From a virus, in the IMG/VR virus record IMGVR_UViG_3300017527_000885: a stretch of 64,000 nt of DNA. One strand, 5' to 3'. The notes under the pieces are model-generated. The model worked only from the letters and a program-made list of their open reading frames with translations, made no database searches and was not told the DNA's origin. Below, piece after piece: positions 47,228 through 56,498 of this stretch; the stretch's first letter is position 1, and every line of letters begins with the position of its first letter. The translations under genes and the position numbers were made by a program.

Positions 47228-48008
47228 GCACTATCGGATTAAGCTGATATGTGGCCCACTGGCTTTGTAAGAATCTGTGAAAATGGTAGATCAACACCTG
47301 GTCCGTGTTCACAAACATCTTGCTGCCTGCAACAGTATAAATATACTGCTCCTGGTTCCAGGGGGCCAGATTCACCCCCAGATGCTGGATAATGTGCGCG
47401 CCATAATCTTGGGGCCAGGTATCCAGATACATTTGGTCGCCAAACTTGCCATCCTCGTTTCGGTAATAGCACCACTCAATACACTGGTCACTCCAAGTCT
47501 TTGCACACTCGCGGCCTACCGGGTCATTCTTAAAGTAAACTACCCCAACATTGAAGGTCCCATTGATCGCCTTATGCTTCAGCGCTGGAGGGAACCTGTG
47601 CGGAGTGATTGCCACACTCGCGCCTCCAATCTCTTGGTAGAGCGGGGCGAGGTCCCCGAACAGAAAACAGTCAGCGTCAACATAGGTGATATGAGGCGCG
47701 CCCAGCCCGGATAGACAGACATTAGACCACACTGAAGCTAGGGTCCACATGAACTCGGTGTGGGTCCTGCCCTCGTGGGCTTCCTTTAGTCCCTCTACAT
47801 TCAGATGAAACAACGGCATAACAATTACATTCTCGGCCGGATTGTTCTGGAACCACGCCGCAGTCAGGTCGTCACAAGCCAGTACATACAGCCGATATGA
47901 TTTGAGATGGTGTTGGAGCGAGGAGATGAATGCAACTCCTCTGTCTAGATAGTGTGAATCAAACAGCGTTGCTAAATGTATCATCTCGTCCATTGGCATC
48001 TCCTGCAT
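47124..48008 (-). CDS. putative GT-A-fold glycosyltransferase (DxD)
   Basis: YRLYVLACDD...ITYVDADCFLF, a nucleotide-sugar transferase DxD motif. Confidence 0.4.
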   Translation of the reverse strand: MQEMPMDEMIHLATLFDSHYLDRGVAFISSLQHHLKSYRLYVLACDDLTAAWFQNNPAENVIVMPLFHLNVEGLKEAHEGRTHTEFMWTLASVWSNVCLSGLGAPHITYVDADCFLFGDLAPLYQEIGGASVAITPHRFPPALKHKAINGTFNVGVVYFKNDPVGRECAKTWSDQCIEWCYYRNEDGKFGDQMYLDTWPQDYGAHIIQHLGVNLAPWNQEQYIYTVAGSKMFVNTDQVLIYHFHRFLQSQWATYQLNPIVHEYLYTPYAELLQAIGEKIHAAGAGDNLTRGQEG

Positions 48009-48685
48009 ATGTCCAGTATGCCTCTATGTCCTTGGCTAAGAGCCTGGTAAATTCCATTGGCTTTATCACCCAATAGCACCTCGGCCAATCTGTCGGCAGG
48101 CCCTAGTGTATGCTTGCGCGCGTGGTCCATACAACATAGACCTACCTGCCGATCACAAGTAATGATGACTTGGTTCAGCGGGGCAAGACAGGGAAGGTCC
48201 AGGTCCACATATAGTCCATCGTAGATACCCAGGCGCGAGTCTAGCCCCACGTTCATTGTAGAGACATCTCCATTTCTCACCCACGGCACTATGCGATCTC
48301 TCACCTCTGGCTTATAGGGCGTAACAAGTACCTTGGCCCCGTAGTCCTGCAATTCTCTCAGCATTACCTCGGTTAGCCGCCCTCCATTAGTTACAACATA
48401 CGGGTCAGCGAAAGGACATGCCTCAATCGCAAAATTTAACAGGTAGAATAGCCGGGGGTCTTCCAAAGGCTCATTGTACAGATGGAAAGCCAGTTCGCCT
48501 GAATACTCATACCGACCAAGAGTCTCGATAACAGTCTCGGCAGTTGAAACTGGCAGAGTAATTGGTTCCTTTACATAGTGTGCCGGACAGCGAGGGTGCA
48601 AAGGAGCATAACTGCACTGATTGGATAGCTCAATAGCAACACTACGAGTGTGTTCGAACGGGTTTGTGCTGGTAATATGATCCAT
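47981..48685 (-). CDS. hypothetical protein (Cys-containing, possible Fe-S)
   Basis: 234 aa. ELSNQCSYAPLHPRCP is radical-SAM-like but not canonical. Confidence 0.3.
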   Translation of the reverse strand: MDHITSTNPFEHTRSVAIELSNQCSYAPLHPRCPAHYVKEPITLPVSTAETVIETLGRYEYSGELAFHLYNEPLEDPRLFYLLNFAIEACPFADPYVVTNGGRLTEVMLRELQDYGAKVLVTPYKPEVRDRIVPWVRNGDVSTMNVGLDSRLGIYDGLYVDLDLPCLAPLNQVIITCDRQVGLCCMDHARKHTLGPADRLAEVLLGDKANGIYQALSQGHRGILDICRRCQWTR

Positions 48686-49274
48686 TTTCGCTTATGGGCA
48701 TAACTACAATGCCATACTCCTCTTTAATGTACTCAATAGCCACGCTGACAGGTGCCACTCCGTCGACACTCCACTTTACGTCGTCAAAGAAAATAATACC
48801 GTTATCTTTGATGCAATGAAGGGCACTCCTAAAGTCCTCGATGACAGCCACCGTGCTGTGGTCTGCATCAATATAGATAAAGTCGAACAGCATGCCATCG
48901 CGTGCGAACAACGCCAGGGCCTCGGTCGTCAGCATTCTGTACGGAACGATCTTGTCCTGAAAGCCCTTGATGTTGTGCAAGAAAATCTCGTACAATTCAT
49001 CTGTTCTGTACTTGTCTTTCAGACCCTCGAAGCGCTCTTTTGAGGGATTGCTGTCCTCCCACTTGCCCACATCCCAGGTGTCCACGCAGGATACCTGACT
49101 GCCCTTCCCGGTCAGAATGTTTTCCACAAGCCAGATCGCGCTCCGTCCCTTCCAAGAACCAAGCTCTAAGAACTCCACGCCAGGTTCCCCCACGAACCTG
49201 TCCAGAAGAAATGTGAACGGTCGCATATGGTTAAACCAATTCTCTTCCGGCAAACCTAAATCAAGCTCGGTCAT
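48642..49274 (-). CDS. class I SAM-dependent methyltransferase (TylF/O-MT-like)
   Basis: EFLELGSWKGRSAIWL...DADH pattern. Confidence 0.45.
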   Translation of the reverse strand: MTELDLGLPEENWFNHMRPFTFLLDRFVGEPGVEFLELGSWKGRSAIWLVENILTGKGSQVSCVDTWDVGKWEDSNPSKERFEGLKDKYRTDELYEIFLHNIKGFQDKIVPYRMLTTEALALFARDGMLFDFIYIDADHSTVAVIEDFRSALHCIKDNGIIFFDDVKWSVDGVAPVSVAIEYIKEEYGIVVMPISENGSYYQHKPVRTHS

Positions 49275-49905
49275 CTTCCCTCCATATCACGTATGTGCCA
49301 ATGTCGCCCCTGCCCCACCTGACTCGTAGGCAGTGTGTGAATCCGAACTCCGCAAAGAGATTTACAAACGTTCCTTGATTGTATGTGACAGAATAGGTTA
49401 GCTTCTTTTCATAACTAGGGCGCAATTCCACATATGTGGGACATGCAGAAGCTTTCACTCGATGCCAGATAATAGTTCCCTCGGCCCGCGATGCAATATG
49501 GTTCATATATGCCATATGCTCATTTGTAACGTCAGCCACAGAAGAGGCTAGCACTGTATCAAATCCAGTGAAATCAAAGTCAAATAGATCGGTGGCGAGA
49601 AATGTGCCATTATTTCCGAACTCTGCCTGCGCAAGCTCTATCATTGATTCCGAGAAGTCAATGCCAGTGTACTCCACTTCCGGGTAGAACCTCCGCAATA
49701 GTTCTGAGTAATGGCCTACGCCACAGCCCACATCCAGTAGCTTGCGAGGCATTAAGTCTGTCTCGTGCATCTCTTGCATGGTCTCAAGAAAGAACCTGAA
49801 TGGGGCCACATCCAGCGGGTTCACAAGTTCCTTTCTCACGAGGCCTAGTTGCGCCTGTGCAACCTCGGGAGCTTGCCAGGCTTGGACTATGTGGTCATGG
49901 CGCAT
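49261..49905 (-). CDS. class I SAM-dependent methyltransferase
   Basis: LLDVGCGVGHYSELL...FDTVLAS. Confidence 0.65.
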   Translation of the reverse strand: MRHDHIVQAWQAPEVAQAQLGLVRKELVNPLDVAPFRFFLETMQEMHETDLMPRKLLDVGCGVGHYSELLRRFYPEVEYTGIDFSESMIELAQAEFGNNGTFLATDLFDFDFTGFDTVLASSVADVTNEHMAYMNHIASRAEGTIIWHRVKASACPTYVELRPSYEKKLTYSVTYNQGTFVNLFAEFGFTHCLRVRWGRGDIGTYVIWREDDRA

Positions 49906-50495
49906 TTTGTAGCCTTTATCACTATCGCGGGATAGTCATGGAAGTTGCGCTGCGGCTCAATGTCAGTGAAGCCAGCCTCCTCAAGCATTCTAGTCAGCTT
50001 GGCTAGCGAGTATCCATCATAGTGATGAGCGTAATCATCCTTGTGGCTCCCGTAGATTTGACGCAAGCACCAATCCTTTTCTTCCTCGGTTTCTGCCATC
50101 AAGTACATTCGTGCAACTTCTGGAAAATCGGGTACGGAGAGCAAGAGGTGCCCACCATGCTTTAGGGTGAGATACCAGGTTTCCAGTGCTATCTTCGCAT
50201 CCTCTGGCACAAAGTGCTCAAGCGCCTGGATTGCCACTATCTCTGTTGCCTCCTGAGAACTGTAGCCAAATGACATAAAAGTGTCAAGATGAACAATGTC
50301 ATCACGGAAATCTACGACCACCTCTCTTGTAGGAGCAGCCTTGATTGCCTCCTTCACTGGTAACTTGTAGTAATTGTCGAGCGTTGTACAGTTTACTTCG
50401 ACAAGATCGGGGCGGTCGACCGCCAAATGTCCAATAATGTCTACATTGCAGTACCCATCCAGATAAACTGTTCCACAACCTAAGTGTAATTTCAT
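49887..50495 (-). CDS. class I SAM-dependent methyltransferase
   Basis: MKLHLGCG at the N-terminus. ...LEHF. Confidence 0.5.
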   Translation of the reverse strand: MKLHLGCGTVYLDGYCNVDIIGHLAVDRPDLVEVNCTTLDNYYKLPVKEAIKAAPTREVVVDFRDDIVHLDTFMSFGYSSQEATEIVAIQALEHFVPEDAKIALETWYLTLKHGGHLLLSVPDFPEVARMYLMAETEEEKDWCLRQIYGSHKDDYAHHYDGYSLAKLTRMLEEAGFTDIEPQRNFHDYPAIVIKATKCAMTT

Positions 50496-51355
50496 GTGTG
50501 TTTCTCCAACTCGCGGTCCAGTCGCTCCTGTAGCGAGTCTATCGCTAGACTGATGACCTCGGGATGCTCCCCTTTGAATGGCTCGGTCCTGCTATGCATT
50601 CTGTTCACAGGCCATAGCTCGTGGACTCCATCGTACTGTTCCTCGACTTCTTCCCTCTTTCCCAGAACCCAGGGAAGGTAAACCCGGTTAAAGTAGTCCG
50701 GGATAGTCCGCTGTGGCGATCTCTGGAAGTAGTATTCAGTCTTTGTCTTGACCTGAGATGGGAAAACATAACTGTAATGATAGATTCTCAGGTCATACTG
50801 AAGCAGGGTCTGACCGCCCAGGGTGCTTGGTTTATCGCCGTCTGGCAGGAGAATTGTTGGAGGGCGATGTGTCAACCACTTGGCCCCTGGGTAATACCGT
50901 TGCACCCTGCGCCAAATGGCCTTTTCCTCATGTCCGGTCATGTAGTAATCAAAGCCCCCATAGAATGAGTAGGGCTTAAACTCTACGCTGTCATATCCAT
51001 ATTCATCTATCTGTTGAACGATAAATTCTAGGTCATCCGGCTTATACACTTCGTCAGAGTCGACCATCCACAGGTGCGTGGTGTCATCAGGGACCAGATG
51101 CATAGCAGCATTCATCATATAGTCTTTCTCGATGAATGCACCGCTCACTACCCCTAGTATCCCATGCCCATAGTTCCGGTATTCCTCTAGAATTTCCAGG
51201 GTTCTGTCAGTGCTACCAGTAAAACCGCGACTGCGCCAGTAGTCCACTGGCCCCTCAGTAACGACCAGGGGGCCAAAGGGAAGAATGGACTGCAAGACCT
51301 GCTCGAGAACATGATCCCCGTTGAACACTATCATTTGGAAAGTTATCTTGGGCAT
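50492..51355 (-). CDS. putative glycosyltransferase (GT-A-like)
   Basis: ITFQMIVFNGDHVLEQ...VDSDEVY. Weak. Confidence 0.3.
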   Translation of the reverse strand: MPKITFQMIVFNGDHVLEQVLQSILPFGPLVVTEGPVDYWRSRGFTGSTDRTLEILEEYRNYGHGILGVVSGAFIEKDYMMNAAMHLVPDDTTHLWMVDSDEVYKPDDLEFIVQQIDEYGYDSVEFKPYSFYGGFDYYMTGHEEKAIWRRVQRYYPGAKWLTHRPPTILLPDGDKPSTLGGQTLLQYDLRIYHYSYVFPSQVKTKTEYYFQRSPQRTIPDYFNRVYLPWVLGKREEVEEQYDGVHELWPVNRMHSRTEPFKGEHPEVISLAIDSLQERLDRELEKHT

Positions 51356-51359
51356 AGTC

Positions 51360-52115
51360 TTATGAGATGAACGGCAGGTCTCCGCTCTCGTACTGTTTCT
51401 CTGTCAGTAGTGGGTACTCGGGGCAAGGGAACCAGTCACGCCCCCAGCGCGCGTATAGCTGCTCGTTATCTTTGTTTATCTGGTACCTTGCACGAAGAGT
51501 ATCATGGTGGCGGAGATGGTCCACCACACAATTATTACTTCCCACCACCCTGAAGCCTCGGGCCTGGATTGAAAGGCTCAACTCGGGGTCACCAGAGTAG
51601 GTGTGCGCGCGTGTGCCCCACCATCCCACGTGGTTCCCCAGCCATCTCCTGGTCATGCCAAAGTTTGCATAGGGACGGTGGGAGACCAGTTGCAACTTAT
51701 ATTCTTGTCCCGGATCACGGAACGGGAAGGCTAACTGCCCGACGTTCCAGGAATCCTCATTTTCAAGAAACTCCCAGGCATCGTAGATACAGTCACCCAC
51801 AACCTCGCAATCATCATTGAGGTGGACCACGTATCGGCCCCTAGCGTGTGCGAATCCAGTGTTGAATGCGCGAATGGCCCCAACCAATTCCTTTTGCGCG
51901 ATCAGAACCACATCGGGCTGTGCAAGACACCAGCGCTGCGTGCCATCATCTGAGCCTCCGTCGACAACAACGATCTCATAGCTGAGCCATTTGGTAGAAC
52001 GGCGGGCACTCTTGATACACTTCTTTAGAAGCCGAAGCCTATTCCACGTGGCTACAACAACTGAAACCTCAAGGGTGCCAAACAATCTTCGCCAACGCGC
52101 CTTTATCCCGAGCAT
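51360..52115 (-). CDS. glycosyltransferase family 2
   Basis: VSVVVATWNR...IVVVDGGSDDGT. Confidence 0.7.
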   Translation of the reverse strand: MLGIKARWRRLFGTLEVSVVVATWNRLRLLKKCIKSARRSTKWLSYEIVVVDGGSDDGTQRWCLAQPDVVLIAQKELVGAIRAFNTGFAHARGRYVVHLNDDCEVVGDCIYDAWEFLENEDSWNVGQLAFPFRDPGQEYKLQLVSHRPYANFGMTRRWLGNHVGWWGTRAHTYSGDPELSLSIQARGFRVVGSNNCVVDHLRHHDTLRARYQINKDNEQLYARWGRDWFPCPEYPLLTEKQYESGDLPFIS

Positions 52116-52732
52116 AGTTCCCTAGCCCTTTCCAGGTCCTTCCTGGTGTTCACATTTATCCATCCGGTTTTGATAATGTCTACAGGCATCCTTGCCTGCC
52201 ACAAGTACTCAACCCGGTCCTCGCAACGGTCCCGGCAATCATCTATTGTGTCCTGGTTGGGCTTGAGAGCATAGAGCACTATCCACTCCCAAGGATCAAG
52301 GATAGCCCACTTGAGGCCACGTGGAACGCGGTCGATATGACCAGGAATCACGGTGTCGGCCGCAATTATCAGGGACTGGTCAGCCTCCCGTGAAGCCTCT
52401 AGTCCGGCTGCAACCGAGTGGCCGATGGATAGTCCTGGGTCCATCTTTACCACCTGCCCGAATTCTGCGGCCTCTGCTATATGGGAACCGTCCCAAGTTG
52501 CCCCGACCACAGTTACAATGGGCATATTAAGCTGGCGTGCAAGACGGCCGAGGATTGTTTGTCCGTTTAGCCGCTGCAAGCATTTAGGTGCCTCATCCTC
52601 GCCAAAGCGGGTTTGCAGGCCCGCTGCCAGGACAACGGCACTAGAAGATATACCGATCCTCATATCTATAACCCCACTTTTCGAAAATCTCGGCGTCCTG
52701 AAGGTATACACGATCAACCATCCAGGGTGCAT
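52103..52732 (-). CDS. sugar-phosphate nucleotidyltransferase (IspD/MobA-like)
   Basis: AVVLAAGLQTRFGEDEAPKCLQRLNGQTIL. The likely start is the internal MRIGISS. Confidence 0.55.
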   Translation of the reverse strand: MHPGWLIVYTFRTPRFSKSGVIDMRIGISSSAVVLAAGLQTRFGEDEAPKCLQRLNGQTILGRLARQLNMPIVTVVGATWDGSHIAEAAEFGQVVKMDPGLSIGHSVAAGLEASREADQSLIIAADTVIPGHIDRVPRGLKWAILDPWEWIVLYALKPNQDTIDDCRDRCEDRVEYLWQARMPVDIIKTGWINVNTRKDLERARELCSG

Positions 52733-53228
52733 AAAGTTCGTCTCGCATATACTGCTCGATACTCTCTATCCAGGGCCGGGTACCCCACTGCCTGTATGCA
52801 TCTGGGAACCAGCTAAGCACCTCCACCTTAGTCACCAGGCCCGGTGCTATCTCCGGCAAGATGTTTGACAGGTCCTCTGCCAGGGATTCAAACTGCCCTA
52901 CATGCTCTATGCCGGGCTTTGTAAAATTATCCCAGTAATTTGCCATACACACACCCTTGCCATTGTAACCAACCAGCCAGCTACCAAAGTCCCCGCGCCA
53001 TCGCTGTAGTTTTAATTCATGAATCCAGAACGAGATATACCAGTCAAATGGATTGCGGACAAAGGAAAAAGCAGGAGCATCAGAGTACTTGCGCGCATCT
53101 GTCAGCCAGCGGTGTGCCTGACTGTCAATCCAGGCGACCTTTCCCGCCATATGCGTGTGAAGGGCATAGCGAATCATGCCCTCCCCAGTATCGCCCATTC
53201 CTATGTGGATGAACTCTTTACATATCAT
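52641..53228 (-). CDS. putative sulfotransferase-like protein
   Basis: P-loop-like IGMGDTGEG and FSFVRNPFDWYISFW resemble the PAPS-binding motifs of sulfotransferases. Weak. Confidence 0.3.
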   Translation of the reverse strand: MICKEFIHIGMGDTGEGMIRYALHTHMAGKVAWIDSQAHRWLTDARKYSDAPAFSFVRNPFDWYISFWIHELKLQRWRGDFGSWLVGYNGKGVCMANYWDNFTKPGIEHVGQFESLAEDLSNILPEIAPGLVTKVEVLSWFPDAYRQWGTRPWIESIEQYMRDELYAPWMVDRVYLQDAEIFEKWGYRYEDRYIF

Positions 53229-53467
53229 TGGTCGCTTTCAGCATTAGGGTCTGTGGCCGGATTAACGTCCTCTGCTAGCTGCTTGCCAAGCAGAAGAATC
53301 TGATCGAGGGCTGCAACAGCGCCCTTGTGCTGGTTCAATTCACCTATCAGGTCCTCTATCTGATCCTCTATCTGGTCTTTCCTTGCCAGGTGTTGCTGTC
53401 TCATTTGGACCAAGTGATTTCCGGTTAACTGTGTCATTTTTCTCTCTCCCTTAGATAATTTGTCCAT
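53225..53467 (-). CDS. small coiled-coil protein
   Basis: 80-aa ORF. Confidence 0.3.
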   Translation of the reverse strand: MDKLSKGERKMTQLTGNHLVQMRQQHLARKDQIEDQIEDLIGELNQHKGAVAALDQILLLGKQLAEDVNPATDPNAESDQ

Positions 53468-54114
53468 TCTGCTATTGATTGTTCTTTTATAGCTTCCCAG
53501 TCCTTTTCCTCAACTGCTCTTGTCGTCAGATGCCCGCACCTCACAGAAAAGTCACACCAAATTTTCTCGTTGGTTTCATCTCTTATCTTGAGACAAAGCC
53601 TTACATCGCTGCCAACAAGAGGCTCGTCCATAAACGGCCCTAGTTGAGAGTAGGGTGGCTCAAGTTGCTCCAAAACGCTTTTGTGAATCAGCAGGCAGCC
53701 ATGTCCGGTTGCCCCCACAGGATATACCCCGCCGTCTGGATAGTCAAACCAGCGAGACATTGGAAATCGTCCCACTGGCTCTTCTTCCCGGAACACTATA
53801 GGCCAGGTCCGGTCTCCACGAGAGAAGTACAATCCACTAATGACCTTTTTGCCACTATTCAGTAGCTTTGGAAGAGCATCCTGAGGTATAAGCATATCAC
53901 AGTCAACAATAAAAAGCCATTCATACTCGGGCATCTCAAGGAACTGCCTAATCAAGACCTCTCGAGCATACTCCGAGCGCATTCCAATCTTAGTGAGAAG
54001 CATGCTGATGTGTGGCAGACCCATAAGGGGAACCAGCGTCTCGACCACAAACTTTGCGTGGATCAATTCCGGGAAAATAACAAGTAGTGCTACCGAAGGT
54101 ACTGTCATAGTCAC
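53434..54114 (-). CDS. putative GT-A-fold glycosyltransferase (paralog of 43894-44637)
   Basis: FIVDCDMLIPQDALPKLLNSGKKVISGLYFSR. Confidence 0.4.
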   Translation of the reverse strand: MTMTVPSVALLVIFPELIHAKFVVETLVPLMGLPHISMLLTKIGMRSEYAREVLIRQFLEMPEYEWLFIVDCDMLIPQDALPKLLNSGKKVISGLYFSRGDRTWPIVFREEEPVGRFPMSRWFDYPDGGVYPVGATGHGCLLIHKSVLEQLEPPYSQLGPFMDEPLVGSDVRLCLKIRDETNEKIWCDFSVRCGHLTTRAVEEKDWEAIKEQSIAEWTNYLREREK

Positions 54115-54291
54115 CCCTGAACGGGGCGTAAGCCCCTCTGGAAAGGCGGGTTTCCCGCCCTGTAAAAAGATAACCGTAGACCATTCTCAGAATAGCCTAC
54201 GGTTCTTTCTGCTGGATAATTCGGCATGGCTCTGTCTCCATACCGCTAATAGCGGTAAGTCTATTGTACAGTGTGATACACTGGTTGTCAA

Positions 54292-54666
54292 CTATACAGT
54301 GGAAGTTGTTGCGATTGCGACGTACTTGTAGCTACCACTGCCAACGTGACATGCCAGGAACCACTTGTCGTTGGTACCCTTCAGAATACGAACAGCACCA
54401 GTGTCCGGCGTGCCGCCAACTGCTACGGCGTTCAGATAACCAATGTCGCACCAGCCACCCGCATCAAGCGCTAGTGTACTAGTGTTCTTGGCAGAAATCT
54501 CTAGCTCGGCATTAGTCATAATCATCTTGTCTAGACTCATGTCAAACAGGATTGACGAGCCAGTTGTGTGAGTATAGATAGTGATATCGCGGGTGCTGGT
54601 ATCAGCGTTGTAGCCGAACTTCACAGGACCACGGAATACCTCGGTCATTTGCCACTTTCTTGTCAT
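54292..54666 (-). CDS. hypothetical head-associated protein
   Basis: 124-aa ORF between the capsid gene and the glycosylation locus. Confidence 0.35.
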   Translation of the reverse strand: MTRKWQMTEVFRGPVKFGYNADTSTRDITIYTHTTGSSILFDMSLDKMIMTNAELEISAKNTSTLALDAGGWCDIGYLNAVAVGGTPDTGAVRILKGTNDKWFLACHVGSGSYKYVAIATTSTV

Positions 54667-54800
54667 TTCTTTCTCCTTAAAGACTGCGGGGCGCTAGATG
54701 CGCCCCACATAGGCGCGGAAACAGACCTCCGCGTAAGGTCGGTGCAGACTATAGACCTCTGCACAGGGTCGATATTCAGAGACGGAAAACCCGCTCTTTG

Positions 54801-55049
54801 TTATTCGCTCTCGGCGTGTCGTGAATTGCCGTGCTGTTCGAGGTGGCCGGGAAGAACAAACCTAGCGCCACACTCGCTACACTGGAATAGGTCGCCCTCT
54901 TTGATTCCACTTGCTTCAAGAAGACGAGCTAGCTCGTTGCGCAGTAGCCCCGCATCATTCTTGAGACCTTTCATCTCAAAGACCTGTCCACGGTCTAGCT
55001 GCTTCCCGCCATACACGTAATCACGCTCGGCGTATGCTAATGTACTCAT
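54801..55049 (-). CDS. C2H2-type zinc-finger small protein
   Basis: FQCSECGARFVLPGHLEQHGNSRH gives C-x2-C-x12-H-x5-H. Confidence 0.45.
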   Translation of the reverse strand: MSTLAYAERDYVYGGKQLDRGQVFEMKGLKNDAGLLRNELARLLEASGIKEGDLFQCSECGARFVLPGHLEQHGNSRHAESE

Positions 55050-55121
55050 TTTGATCTCCTTTCGAGACTAGGGGGCGGGTGTTACCCCGCCCTTTTCTCA
55101 GAACAAGAGTTGCTTGCTAGA

Positions 55122-56093
55122 CTAGTCTACGATATCGCTGAAGAAAACGCCTGCGTTTGCCACAGTCGCCTTCTGGTCGAAGTACGAGCGAACCTCAACA
55201 TAGTCACCTAGACGCTCAGTGTCGCGGTACTTGCGAATCCACTGTGGGCCACGGCCTGCGTTGCCAGAAGTCTGCCACACGAAAGTGTAGCCTGCTGCTG
55301 GGTTCATTAGGGATGGGCGCTGAGGAACGTACAGAAGAAGTGCGTCGTCATCCCAGTTCGCGGAGTAGGTCACGCTACCTTCAGCAAGACCTTCCTCGTC
55401 AGCGGTGTAGAATGAGGTGCCTACCAAAACCTTGTCCACGCCGAATAGGGTTGCCAGCAAGTCCTTGTTGGCAATACCAGTCTGAGTGTACTTGATCCTG
55501 TCCAAAACGTCTGGGTGGTCAAGTAGCTTGTCGAAGGTTAGGTCGCCCAAAACTAGAGTGTTGGGGGTACGGGCGATCATTCTACGGGAAGTGCGCTTGT
55601 AGGTACGAAGGTCCACGATAGGATCGGATGCACCAAAGTCTGACCACTTGGTCACTGTGGTTGTTCCGGTCACATCGGTTGTCCATACACCAGTCTTCCA
55701 GAAGTCGGCAACGAAAGCCCTCTCGCGCCTCATCTGTAGCTTGTCGGTTACGAACTCAGTCGCATCGCGGTCAATCTCGAAAGGACTGTCCTGGTTGATG
55801 CGCTGGTCATCGGAAACAAAGTACCTGAGACCGAAGCGGTCGCAGTAGTATGTCGCCGTGGTTGTAACCTTGAAACCGCTGGATGGTGCAATCCCGGTCT
55901 CAGCGATTCGGTCTGCTTCATCCCTGAACCAGTGTGACTGGTCATACTCGGGGATGATGTCAGTTTGCTTGCTCACTAGAACAAGCGGGAAAATCTCATC
56001 AGCGATGTACGTTTCGTTGATGTAAGCCAATGAAAGATTGGTCAACATCTTATTTACGTGAAGATCGCTGGCTGCTGGCATAATTACGGCCAT
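55122..56093 (-). CDS. putative major capsid protein (HK97-fold)
   Basis: 323 aa. Position after the scaffold gene. Composition and length typical of a major capsid protein. Strong RBS. Confidence 0.55.
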   Translation of the reverse strand: MAVIMPAASDLHVNKMLTNLSLAYINETYIADEIFPLVLVSKQTDIIPEYDQSHWFRDEADRIAETGIAPSSGFKVTTTATYYCDRFGLRYFVSDDQRINQDSPFEIDRDATEFVTDKLQMRRERAFVADFWKTGVWTTDVTGTTTVTKWSDFGASDPIVDLRTYKRTSRRMIARTPNTLVLGDLTFDKLLDHPDVLDRIKYTQTGIANKDLLATLFGVDKVLVGTSFYTADEEGLAEGSVTYSANWDDDALLLYVPQRPSLMNPAAGYTFVWQTSGNAGRGPQWIRKYRDTERLGDYVEVRSYFDQKATVANAGVFFSDIVD

Positions 56094-56111
56094 TTTTCAT
56101 TACCTCCCTTA

Positions 56112-56498
56112 TTATGTAGCTAGGTATGAGCAACCGAAGAATACGATCTCTGCAATATCGCCTGCAGAGCCGCATCCGTAGGTGCATACACCAAGCCAGC
56201 GTTCTCCGGCATCGGAGCCGGGAACAACAACTGCCGCCTGACCATCTGTGCTAACACCAACTGGGTCATTAGCGCTCAGGGCCTCGTCTGCAGAAACCTT
56301 CGAGTGGCCGAAAATCCTAACTAGGGCTTCCTGACCAGTTGTGGGCTTGTTCTGCAGAATACCGATGGCATTATCTGTCGTACCATCGCAGGCATCAACT
56401 TGACCATTGCCGGAAATCTCAACAAAGTAGTACTGCTTACTCGATAGATCATTCTCGGCCTTGAAACTTACGTCCTGTCCATCATACTGTTTCGCCAT
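56112..56498 (-). CDS. hypothetical head protein
   Basis: 128 aa between the scaffold and capsid genes. Confidence 0.35.
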   Translation of the reverse strand: MAKQYDGQDVSFKAENDLSSKQYYFVEISGNGQVDACDGTTDNAIGILQNKPTTGQEALVRIFGHSKVSADEALSANDPVGVSTDGQAAVVVPGSDAGERWLGVCTYGCGSAGDIAEIVFFGCSYLAT

